A stretch of DNA of 64,000 bases from Nanobdellota archaeon. Its GTDB lineage: Archaea > Nanobdellota > Nanobdellia > Pacearchaeales > GW2011-AR1. Positions 8,993 to 17,473 of the stretch are shown here, one piece after another. The notes under the pieces are model-generated. The model worked only from the letters and a program-made list of their open reading frames with translations. It had not been told where the DNA came from and made no database searches. The translations under genes were made by a program, and so were the position numbers. Every line of letters begins with the position of its first letter. Position 1 is the first letter of the stretch. The DNA lies in NCBI GenBank assembly GCA_018815925.1, contig JAHIWS010000011.1, forward strand, positions 51,753 through 115,752, in the 5' to 3' direction.

Positions 8993-10240
8993 ATGAATAA
9001 AAAATATCTTTTAATTTTTGGAATCTTTTTAGTTGTTTCGCTCTTAGTTTTTGTTTCAGCTGAATCTGTAATCGCTGATGATGATTTTGAGAGTAGTTGG
9101 AGCGGTGGGTCTGGATGGATTAATGGATGGTGGCATGAAGGAGATTCCAAAATTTTAACAAGTGATTTTCCTTACGAGGGAGACAATCATTTAAGATTAA
9201 GAAGAAGTAATGGTTATGTTGATAGGTCTGTTGATTTATCTAGTTATTCTGATGCAAAAATTGGATTTTGGGTCAAAATTAAAAGTTTTGAGAGAAATGA
9301 TTTTTTAGATTTTTTAGTTAGTTCAAATGGGATAGATTGGAGTGTGTTAAGAACATTTACTCCTGTTGATTCAGATAGTTTGTATCATTATTATGAGTTT
9401 GATTTGACTCAGTATGGATTAACAAGCAATTTTTATATAGCTATTGATGCTGAAATGAGTGGAAGTGGAGATTATTTTTATTTAGATGATTTGAAAATTA
9501 TTACTAGTGAAAATGTTACTCCTCCTGAGCCTCCTCAGCCCCCAATACAGCCTAGTTGGCATATACAATATAACCCCCTTCCAGATCCTATTGCTGATGT
9601 TGCTTACTGGAATTTTGATTTATTTGATGTTCCTAGTGAGACAATTCAGAATTTAAAAGATCAGGGTGTTAAAGTTATGTGTTATTTTTCAGCTGGAAGT
9701 TATGAAGATTGGAGAACTGATGCTTTAGAGTTTCCAAATGAGTGTATAGGAGCAAGTAATGGTTGGCCTGGAGAAAATTGGATAAACACAAGATGTTCTG
9801 AAGTTAGAGAGATAATGGCTAATAGGATAGATTTAGGAATTACAAAAGGATGCGATGGTTTTGATCCTGATAATATGGATGCATATGGTAATGGTGGAGC
9901 AGGATTTGGATTAACTGAAGAAGATGCTATTGATTACTATAATTTTTTAGCAGATTATGCACATAGTAATGGAGCAGAGATTGGTTTGAAAAATGCACTT
10001 ACAATTATAGATGATGTTTTAGTTAATATGGATTGGGCTGTAAATGAACAGTGTTTTAAATATAATGAGTGTTTTTATTTAGAACCTGTTATAGCAGTTG
10101 GAAAGCCTGTTTTTCAGGTAGAATATGGTGGAACATCAAGAGCAAATAAAGTTTGTTCTAGGGCAAATGAACTAGGATTCACAACCCTCATCAAGAAGAC
10201 CTCTCTTAATGCTTTTGAGATTTCTTGCTTGGATTGGTAA
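8993..10240 (+). CDS. Secreted glycoside hydrolase, GH114-like (endo-alpha-1,4-polygalactosaminidase family TIM barrel), with an N-terminal jelly-roll/CBM-like domain
   Basis: Strong SD AAGGAGGT 5 nt before the ATG, then a signal peptide. The C-terminal half carries the family pattern as I recall it: FDLFD..I..LK..GVKVMCYFSAGSYEDWRTD...GWPGENWINTRCSEVREIM..RID....KGCDGFDPDNMDAY.N...GFGLTEEDAIDYYNFLADYAHSNG..IGLKNA...DWAVNEQCFKYNEC. Confidence 0.7.
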   Translation: MNKKYLLIFGIFLVVSLLVFVSAESVIADDDFESSWSGGSGWINGWWHEGDSKILTSDFPYEGDNHLRLRRSNGYVDRSVDLSSYSDAKIGFWVKIKSFERNDFLDFLVSSNGIDWSVLRTFTPVDSDSLYHYYEFDLTQYGLTSNFYIAIDAEMSGSGDYFYLDDLKIITSENVTPPEPPQPPIQPSWHIQYNPLPDPIADVAYWNFDLFDVPSETIQNLKDQGVKVMCYFSAGSYEDWRTDALEFPNECIGASNGWPGENWINTRCSEVREIMANRIDLGITKGCDGFDPDNMDAYGNGGAGFGLTEEDAIDYYNFLADYAHSNGAEIGLKNALTIIDDVLVNMDWAVNEQCFKYNECFYLEPVIAVGKPVFQVEYGGTSRANKVCSRANELGFTTLIKKTSLNAFEISCLDW

Positions 10241-10386
10241 ATATAAATTTTTCTTTTTATTATTTTTTTAATTTTTATTTAGAGTTAATAATTATTTGGT
10301 TTTTTGCTTTTGTTTTATACATATCTTTATTTATATTTATGTATAAATATGTTTATTACATAAGAATACTTCTAATTATGGTAATA

Positions 10387-10394
10387 TTTATAAA
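10387..10394 (+). promoter_or_regulatory. TATA box (TTTATAAA), 24 nt upstream of the ATG at 10418
   Basis: The spacing matches the other TATA-to-start distances in this window (24-25 nt). Confidence 0.45.
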
Positions 10395-10417
10395 AGAGAT
10401 TTGCTTTGTTTTTTATT

Positions 10418-13400
10418 ATGGGGAAAAAGAAAAAGGTGACTCTTAGTTTAGAAGAGAAAGATTATTCTAAGTTTCAGAAGTATTGTGAAGAAAATGCAAT
10501 GAATTTTTCTAAAAAAATAGATTTACTGGTTAAGGATTTTTTGAAGAGTAAGAAATTGTTGGGTTTTCTTTTGGTATTTTTATTTTTATTTTTTGTTTCT
10601 GCATCAACTTTTGTTGATAATTCTCAAAGTGAATTTGATAATGGATATTATTTTAATACTTTTTATAACAATTCTGGTTTTATTCAGCTTAATTTGAGTG
10701 AAGGATTTATAAATGGAAGTTTTGAATCGCAAATTTTTGGCTCTGGGCTTTCTCAATGGGATAGTCTTTCTTGGGTGCAAAGTGGACCTTATGGAATTGA
10801 CCTCCCTGATAATAATAGTGTTGAAACGGAATTTGTGCAAGGAGCAGATATGACTGGAAATTTACTTTTATTGCATTTAGATGAAAGTTCTGGATCCCAA
10901 ACCTTTGTTGATTCTTCTGGTAATGAAAAATCTGTTTCTTGTTCTTCTACATCTTGTCCTGCTGCAGGTGTTTCTGGTTTATTTACAAGTGCCCTAAATT
11001 TTGATGGAAATAATGATAGGCTTTTGGAAGCAGACCCAACAACAATAACTCCAACAGATGAAATAACTTTTGAAGCATGGATTAAATGGGATGGAGAATC
11101 TGGTGAGAATAATGATCTTCAAAACATTATAACTAATGGTGAATGGGATCGTGCTTTAAGAATAACTGAGCCAGATCATTGGATTGGGGGAAGCCAGGTT
11201 CTTTCTGTTTTTCAAATTGGTGGAGGTGGAGCAACAGAACTTTATTCAAATACCAAAATATCAACAGGAATGTGGTATCATATTGCAACAACTTATGATG
11301 GTAGCGAGCTTGCAATTTATATTAATGGAAAAAAAGATGTAAATGTTTCTGAATCTGGAGCAATTGTTTCTCCTTGTTGTGGGACTTTTATTGGGGCTGA
11401 GGAAAATTCAGTTAGTAATTTTGATGGAGTTATTGATGAAGTAGCAATATACAACCGATCTTTAACTGAAGAAGAAATTATGGGACATTATAGAAGGGGT
11501 ATGGCTCGTTTAAATCTTAGTGTTAGATCCTGTGATGATTTTTCTTGTGATGTAGAGAGCTTTATAGATATTGAAGACACTTCTCCCCAGAATTTATTTA
11601 TTTTAAATAATAGTTATTTTCAATATAAGATAGAGTTTTTAACGTTAAATGAAAGTGTTAGCCCCGAAGTTTACAACGTAACAATCACTTATACTTCTTT
11701 GGACAGCGATCTTCCAACTATTTCTATTTTGTCTCCTGTTACTCAGAATTATACAGATACAAATATTTTAGTAAATATTAGTGCAATAGACCCTAATCTT
11801 GCTTCAGTCTGGTTTTATGATGGGAATACAAATACAACTTATATAATTCCCACTTATCACCTTTTTAGTGAAGGATTTAATACAATCACAGCATATGCAA
11901 ATGATACTTCTGGAAATTTGAATTCAACTAGTGTTAGTTTTTGGGTTGATAGTATTTTACCCCAAATTAATATAATAGCTCCTGTAAATTTAAATTACAG
12001 CAATGCAACAATTCTTGTAAATCTTAGTGCTAGTGATTTGAATTTAGATTCTATTTGGTGGAACAATGGAACAACAAACTTTAGTTATTCAAATCCTATT
12101 TATCACCTTTTTAGTGAAGGATTTAATACAATCACAGCATATGCAAATGATACTTCTGGAAATTTGAATTCAACTAGTGTTAGTTTTTGGGTTGATACAA
12201 CTGGCCCCTCTATAAATTTGATTAGCCCAGAATCTAAAACTTATGGACAGAATATAGAGCTACCTTTGGACTTTGTAGTAAGTGATTCAAATGGTGTGTC
12301 AAGTTGTTGGTATAATTTGAATAGTGGATATAATGTTAGTCTTTTAAATTGTCAGAATACAACTTTTGATGCTAGTGATGGAAATTACATCTTAAACTTT
12401 TTTTCAAATGATACTCTTGGAAATTTGAATAAAAAAAATGTTAGTTTTTCTGTTTCAACAGAGATAGCTGTTGTGTTGGTTTCTCCATTTGATTCAGAAT
12501 GGTTAAATTATCAAAATGTGGAGTTGAATTATACAGTTAGTACTTTGGCTGATATTTATAATTGTAGTTTATATGGAAATTGGGGTGGAGAGTGGCATTT
12601 GAATCAGACAAATTTAAGTGCAGTTAATCAAAGTGGGGGGATTAATTCCTTTAATGTTTTTTTGCCAGATGGTAATTATTTATGGAATATCTATTGTGAT
12701 GGGTTTTTTGATTCTTTTGCATTCAGCAATTTTACTTTGAATATTGATACACAAGAGCCAGTATTAAATATGTATTATCCTTTGAGTAATAATCTACTTA
12801 AGAGAAATGTTTCCCTTCTTTTGAATTTTACTATTTTTGATGATAATTTGGAAGAGTGTTGGTACACTTTAGATAATGGACAGACAAATATTAGTTTAGG
12901 GTGTAGTGAGGGAGATAATTATTACTACTTTAGTTATTTGACTGGAAATTTTAATCTTTCTGTTTATGCGAGTGATTTTGCCGGAAATAGTGCTGATACT
13001 ATAACAAGTAATTTAACAATAATGTATGATGGAATTTCCCCTAATGTTAGTTTATTAGATCCCCAGGGGGTTAAAACTAGTGCAAGTAATATTTTTTTAA
13101 ATTTTCTTGCAAGTGATAATGCTGATTTAAGAGAAGAAATGCTGTGTTGGTTTAGTGTTGTTTATGCATCTACAGGAGGTTCTGTCCCTGGACTAGAAAG
13201 TTTGTTTTTGAATAATTGCCAAGATACTATCTTTAATCTGATAGGAGATGGAAATTATATTTTAAATCTTGTTGTAAGGGACAAGACTGGGAATGCTGAA
13301 TTGCTTAACACTACTTTTTCAGTTTCTACAGGAACTTCAATTCCTCCTGGCGGGGGAAGTTCTGGTGGAGGAAGTTCTTCTGGTGGCAGTTTTGTTGTGT

Positions 13401-14281
13401 TAGGAAAAACAAAATTGGAAGTTGAAAGTTTATTTAATTCAATTTTATTTCCTGGAGACAATAAAAAAATTAGTTGGAATGTTAAAAATACTGGAACAAA
13501 TTTTCTTAATACTTGTAAATTTAAAGGAAATGGAGAATTTTCTTCTTGGATTTCTTCTTCTGAATCTTTAAGAAATCTTGCTGCAGGAGAAGAATATGAT
13601 TTTATTTTTGATTTGAATGTTCCTGACGATGTTGAAACTGGGTTATATAATCTTGAAATTAAATTAGATTGCAAGGAAATTAATAAAACCACAGGATTTG
13701 TAGTGGAAGTTGTAGATAAAGAAATAGGTTTTGAATTAATTAAAGTTGAAAGAGAGAAAAAAGATCAGATTAAAATTCTTTATTCATTACAAGAGCTTTC
13801 TAATTTAGATCAAAAAGTTGAACTTCAATTTTTATTATTTGGTTCTAATGGTGAAAAAGTAGCAGAACTTGAAGAATTTAAGGAATTACTTACAAATTCT
13901 GAACAAGAATTTGAATCTTTTATACTTATTGATAGTTTTCTTGAAGGAGAATTAAATTTATTAATTAATATAAATTCTGAAACTTATTCAGGTTTTGTTC
14001 AGGAAAATCTTGTTTTAGGTGCTCCAGCAACAGGTCTTCCTATTCTAGGAGATTTAGGAACAAGAGATAATATTGTTAGTGTTATTATGGTGGTTTTATT
14101 CTTGATTTTTGCTTTTTTTGTAGTTAGAAAAATTTTTGGACATAAAAAAGAAATTAAAAGAAGAAAAAGTGTCAAAGTAGTAAAGAAGGGGCAAGGAAGT
14201 AGAATTATTTTTATTAAGAAAAAAAAGAAAAAGGGTAAAATTTTTTCTATTAAAAGAAAAAAGAAAAAGTTTCCTCTTTAA
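10418..14281 (+). CDS. Giant bitopic surface protein (1,287 aa). Order: RHH-like N-terminus, signal-anchor TM, LamG domain, about 8 Ig-like adhesin repeats, G/S linker, CARDB/NEW3-like domain, C-terminal TM with a Lys-rich tail
   Basis: The track start at 10406 is a TTG; the first ATG is at 10418 (MGKKKKVTLSLEEKDYSKFQKYCEENAMNFSKKIDLLVKDFL). TM1: LLGFLLVFLFLFFVSAS. LamG: ALNFDGNNDRLL...ITFEAWIKW...WYHIATTYDGSELAIYINGK...FDGVIDEVAIYNRSLTEEEI. Repeats are of the type ISILSP..NYT..NILVN.SA.D.NL.S.W.....N......LFSEGFNTITAYANDTSGNLNSTSVSFWVD. TM2: IVSVIMVVLFLIFAFFVV. Confidence 0.85.
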   Translation: MGKKKKVTLSLEEKDYSKFQKYCEENAMNFSKKIDLLVKDFLKSKKLLGFLLVFLFLFFVSASTFVDNSQSEFDNGYYFNTFYNNSGFIQLNLSEGFINGSFESQIFGSGLSQWDSLSWVQSGPYGIDLPDNNSVETEFVQGADMTGNLLLLHLDESSGSQTFVDSSGNEKSVSCSSTSCPAAGVSGLFTSALNFDGNNDRLLEADPTTITPTDEITFEAWIKWDGESGENNDLQNIITNGEWDRALRITEPDHWIGGSQVLSVFQIGGGGATELYSNTKISTGMWYHIATTYDGSELAIYINGKKDVNVSESGAIVSPCCGTFIGAEENSVSNFDGVIDEVAIYNRSLTEEEIMGHYRRGMARLNLSVRSCDDFSCDVESFIDIEDTSPQNLFILNNSYFQYKIEFLTLNESVSPEVYNVTITYTSLDSDLPTISILSPVTQNYTDTNILVNISAIDPNLASVWFYDGNTNTTYIIPTYHLFSEGFNTITAYANDTSGNLNSTSVSFWVDSILPQINIIAPVNLNYSNATILVNLSASDLNLDSIWWNNGTTNFSYSNPIYHLFSEGFNTITAYANDTSGNLNSTSVSFWVDTTGPSINLISPESKTYGQNIELPLDFVVSDSNGVSSCWYNLNSGYNVSLLNCQNTTFDASDGNYILNFFSNDTLGNLNKKNVSFSVSTEIAVVLVSPFDSEWLNYQNVELNYTVSTLADIYNCSLYGNWGGEWHLNQTNLSAVNQSGGINSFNVFLPDGNYLWNIYCDGFFDSFAFSNFTLNIDTQEPVLNMYYPLSNNLLKRNVSLLLNFTIFDDNLEECWYTLDNGQTNISLGCSEGDNYYYFSYLTGNFNLSVYASDFAGNSADTITSNLTIMYDGISPNVSLLDPQGVKTSASNIFLNFLASDNADLREEMLCWFSVVYASTGGSVPGLESLFLNNCQDTIFNLIGDGNYILNLVVRDKTGNAELLNTTFSVSTGTSIPPGGGSSGGGSSSGGSFVVLGKTKLEVESLFNSILFPGDNKKISWNVKNTGTNFLNTCKFKGNGEFSSWISSSESLRNLAAGEEYDFIFDLNVPDDVETGLYNLEIKLDCKEINKTTGFVVEVVDKEIGFELIKVEREKKDQIKILYSLQELSNLDQKVELQFLLFGSNGEKVAELEEFKELLTNSEQEFESFILIDSFLEGELNLLININSETYSGFVQENLVLGAPATGLPILGDLGTRDNIVSVIMVVLFLIFAFFVVRKIFGHKKEIKRRKSVKVVKKGQGSRIIFIKKKKKKGKIFSIKRKKKKFPL
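11854..12197 (+). repeat. Two exact 98-nt direct copies (11854-11951 and 12100-12197), 246 nt apart, inside the adhesin repeat region
   Basis: Both copies read ttatcacctttttagtgaaggatttaatacaatcacagcatatgcaaatgatacttctggaaatttgaattcaactagtgttagtttttgggttgata. They encode (Y)HLFSEGFNTITAYANDTSGNLNSTSVSFWVD. Confidence 0.9.
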
Positions 14282-14284
14282 TTA

Positions 14285-14551
14285 TTATGCTTTTCTTATA
14301 TAACTAATTAATTTGTTTATATTGCCTCTTTCTGCTTTTTTCATTTCTTTTAATTTAACTAATTCTTGCAGTAATCTTTCTTGTTCTTCTTTATATCTTT
14401 GTGTCTTTTTTATATAATCTTTTTCTAATTTTTCCTTTTTTTTGTCAAGTTTTTTTATTTGATTTAGCTTTGTTTGTACTGCTTTAGTGTACCCTTTTGG
14501 AGTTTCTTTGTCTTTTGTTTTTTTAGCTTTCTTTGTTCTTTTTTTTGCCAT
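14285..14551 (-). CDS. Small Lys-rich coiled-coil protein (88 aa), function unknown
   Basis: MAKKRTKKAKKTKDKE... followed by heptad-like K/E-rich sequence. It is the last gene of the minus-strand surface-protein string. Confidence 0.5.
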   Translation of the reverse strand: MAKKRTKKAKKTKDKETPKGYTKAVQTKLNQIKKLDKKKEKLEKDYIKKTQRYKEEQERLLQELVKLKEMKKAERGNINKLISYIRKA

Positions 14552-14655
14552 TTTTATTTATTTTTTATAGAGTGAATTATTTTATTTAAACTTTTCTTTT
14601 TTCCTTTTTGTTTTTTATTTAGCTTTCCTAGTGTGGAATTATTTGAAGGAGTTTT

Positions 14656-15873
14656 TCATTTAAATGTTTTTTTCTTGTTTGTTTTTTTGAAAACTTTTCT
14701 TAATAAGACTAGTGTTGTTAATAGAAGAATAATAGCCAAAATGATTAGTCCGTAAATTATAATTTTTGCATTTTGCAAAATAAGGCAATTGTTATTTAGT
14801 TTAAATTCTTTTGTTGAACTTGCAATATCTCCATTATATTTTGCCCTCACATAAACAACATAACTTTCAGAGGGAATATTTGTTGGCAATCTTATTGTTT
14901 TTAATACTTCTAAACTTGTTTCAATTGCTTTTGTTTCTGATTCTTCAATTATTATATTTCCTTTTTTATCCATTATTAAATATTCTATTGTTGTGTCAAC
15001 TTTTTTTGTTTCTCCCAAATTAAATATTTCTACTTCAAAGAGAATTTCTTCTCCACAAGAAATCTCTCTGTATTTTTCAGGTATTGTTATTTCAACATCA
15101 AAAAAAGCTTTTTTTGATTCTACTTCTATTGTGAGGAGAATTTCTTTTGTTTGGTCTTGGTTATTTATGAAGATATTTCCTAGGTAAAGATTAGGAGGGG
15201 TTTCTTCTCTAGCTATAAAATCTATTGTTATTATTTTTTCTTTTTCAGGATTAAGTGTAAAACTTTTTTGGTCTATTTTAATAAATTCTTTAAGATTTGA
15301 GGAAAGAGTGAATGTTTGGGTTTTGGATTCTGTATTTTTTATTGTTATTTTTTGAGATTGTGTTTCCCCTTGTTTTAAAGAGATTTGTATTTTGTCTTTA
15401 TCTATTTCAAAATTTTTTATTGATTTTCCTGTCATTCTTCCTCCATCGCCTCCACTTGGTGGTGGAGAAGGTTGGACGGGAGTTTCTTCTGCACTGAGAT
15501 TAATAAAGAAGACCACATTTTTTGTTGATTCACCAAAAGAATTGTTTGCATATAGGTGTAGAATATGGCTTCCTTCAGAAGTATTGAAGTATATAGGTTT
15601 TGTTAATGTTGTGTTTGAAAAATTATTTAGATTATACCAAACATTATTTCCTGTAGTTGAATAATTTAATAAAATAGAAGTGTTTGTTGTATAGGTTGTA
15701 TTTTCTGGACTTAGAATTGTTAGGGCAGGAGGAGCATTTGTTACAATTATGTTCATTCTTACTTGATTTGTAGCCTTTCCTGTTATTGTTGCCCCTTCTT
15801 TGGCTTTAATTATAAAACTCATGCTAATTAAAATTAAGGAAAAAATTATTACAAAAAAAAACTTTTTTTTCAT
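14656..15873 (-). CDS. Anchored surface protein (405 aa): signal peptide, one adhesin Ig-like repeat, P/G linker, CARDB/NEW3-like domains, C-terminal TM with a basic tail
   Basis: MKKKFFFVIIFSLILISMSFII; ITGKATNQ motif; LTILSPENTTYTTNTSILLNYS..NVWYNLN...EGSHILHLYANNSFGESTKNVVFFINL resembles the repeats of the giant proteins. C-terminal TM: IIIYGLIILAIILLLTTLVLL-RKVFKK. Confidence 0.7.
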   Translation of the reverse strand: MKKKFFFVIIFSLILISMSFIIKAKEGATITGKATNQVRMNIIVTNAPPALTILSPENTTYTTNTSILLNYSTTGNNVWYNLNNFSNTTLTKPIYFNTSEGSHILHLYANNSFGESTKNVVFFINLSAEETPVQPSPPPSGGDGGRMTGKSIKNFEIDKDKIQISLKQGETQSQKITIKNTESKTQTFTLSSNLKEFIKIDQKSFTLNPEKEKIITIDFIAREETPPNLYLGNIFINNQDQTKEILLTIEVESKKAFFDVEITIPEKYREISCGEEILFEVEIFNLGETKKVDTTIEYLIMDKKGNIIIEESETKAIETSLEVLKTIRLPTNIPSESYVVYVRAKYNGDIASSTKEFKLNNNCLILQNAKIIIYGLIILAIILLLTTLVLLRKVFKKTNKKKTFK

Positions 15874-15893
15874 GAATTAGAGAAGATTAGACC

Positions 15894-16469
15894 TTATTTA
15901 AAATTTGTTGGTTTTTTATTTTTCTTTTTATAATAAAAGAAAGCTATCACTCCTATTGCTATTGCGATTCCTATGATTAATAAGATAATTTCTAATATTG
16001 AAGTTTTTTCTTCTGGAGCTAGTTGGGGTACAAATCCAGTTTCAGTTACTATGACATCAAATTTTTGTGCTATGCTACTTCCAAATCCAAGGCCTCCTGC
16101 TGAGTTTTTTGCTATTTCTGTGAAGACCACATTTACAGGGTAGATTGTTCCTATTTCTGCATCTTTTGGAATATTTATTTTTAGGTTTACTATTGTTTTG
16201 TCTCCTAGTGGAATAAGATATTCTTCTTCCCTATCTGTTATTTGAACTACTTCACTTCCAGAATTTATGTCTGCTCTTACTATTATCTCATTATCTCCTG
16301 CAAAATTTTGAAGTGTAAGAAATGCTTCTTTATTTTGTTCTGGGTAGACATACATAGGATTTTCATCGTAGTATGCTGATGAAATAGCAAATGCATTCAC
16401 AAAGCTTGGTAAAAAGAGGACTAATGTTATTGCTATAATTCCATATAATAGGTTTTTGTTTGACTTCAT
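15894..16469 (-). CDS. Anchored surface protein (191 aa), beta-rich ectodomain, C-terminal TM
   Basis: The track start at 16538 overlaps the upstream gene. The ATG at 16469 (MKSNKNLLYGIIAITLVLFLPSFVNA) lies 1 nt after the upstream stop. C-terminal TM: ILEIILLIIGIAIAIGVIAFFYY-KKKNKK. Confidence 0.7.
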   Translation of the reverse strand: MKSNKNLLYGIIAITLVLFLPSFVNAFAISSAYYDENPMYVYPEQNKEAFLTLQNFAGDNEIIVRADINSGSEVVQITDREEEYLIPLGDKTIVNLKINIPKDAEIGTIYPVNVVFTEIAKNSAGGLGFGSSIAQKFDVIVTETGFVPQLAPEEKTSILEIILLIIGIAIAIGVIAFFYYKKKNKKPTNFK

Positions 16470-16470
16470 T

Positions 16471-17436
16471 TTATGTAGTTTGTAATGTCCATGTTCCCCC
16501 ACTTTTAGTTGAATATGACTGACTTGAAATACTACCAATATTTATCACACAAAAATGTAGTTGTTCTTGTCCTGTTCCATCATTTATTGTGTAGTTTCCA
16601 TTAGGAAGTACAGAATCTGATATGTTTATGAATGTGTCATTGACCATGAAAGAATCTGCACACTCGTCTAGATTTGGAAATGTCCCTCCTGAACTCAATG
16701 CTACTGAGAAGTTTGCAGCCCAAATAACTTCTGTGGTTGTTGTTTCTCCTCTAAGGTCTGTTGCATTTAGACTTATGTTTGAAATACTTGATGCAGCAGA
16801 TGTTCCTATTTCTTTATTTCCTGTGTTGTTTAGTGTTATAGGATCATCGTTAGGTGTTTGGTTTATAGAGTTAGGACTTACAGTCCAGGTTAAATTTACA
16901 GGCCCCATCTGAAATCCAGTTGTTGATGCTATTGAAAAATTTGTAGAGCTGTTTGTTGCAAAGTTTGAGTTGTTGTCTCTGACATAAGCTATTATTCCCC
17001 AGCTTCCAGAAGCATCCCACCACCACATTGTAACATTACAAGTGAAGTTTGCCCCATTTCCTGACCAATCTCTGTTAACACAGGTTGAATTAAATCTTGT
17101 TTCTTCTGAACCTTTTGTGAAATTGATACCCGCTGTGGAATGATTTAAATTTTCTATTCCTGAAGCTAAATAGACTGAAAAATTAATAATTACTGTTGTT
17201 GCTAATGGTGCTGAATTAAAAGTAGCTGCTAGTGATTTGATTACTGCACTATTATTATAAACAATACGAATTTCTGGGGCTCCTACAGTAATGTTTATAC
17301 CAACTTGACTAACTGCTTTTCCTGTTATTGTTTTTTTTATATTATCAAAAAATCCTGCAGAAGTTATAGAGATTAATAATATTAAAAATATAATTGTTAC
17401 AAAAGATACTAATACTATTTTCCCCTTTTTTTTCAT
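16471..17436 (-). CDS. Secreted protein (321 aa) that is a free-standing paralog of the distal 'tip' domain of the 1,634-aa adhesin
   Basis: Signal peptide, then GFFDNIKKTITGKAV. Shared blocks with aa about 1180-1470 of ORF 17474..22378: TFNSAPLATTVIINFSVY, GSEETRFNSTC, ANFTCNVTMWWWDASGSWGI, NFSVALSSGGTFPNLDECA.SFM. Exact nucleotide blocks: 17174-17225 = 18600-18651 (52 nt) and 16997-17031 = 18420-18454 (35 nt). Confidence 0.8.
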   Translation of the reverse strand: MKKKGKIVLVSFVTIIFLILLISITSAGFFDNIKKTITGKAVSQVGINITVGAPEIRIVYNNSAVIKSLAATFNSAPLATTVIINFSVYLASGIENLNHSTAGINFTKGSEETRFNSTCVNRDWSGNGANFTCNVTMWWWDASGSWGIIAYVRDNNSNFATNSSTNFSIASTTGFQMGPVNLTWTVSPNSINQTPNDDPITLNNTGNKEIGTSAASSISNISLNATDLRGETTTTEVIWAANFSVALSSGGTFPNLDECADSFMVNDTFINISDSVLPNGNYTINDGTGQEQLHFCVINIGSISSQSYSTKSGGTWTLQTT

Positions 17437-17473
17437 TATAAACTTTAAGTTAATTTCTTTTATAAATATTTCT

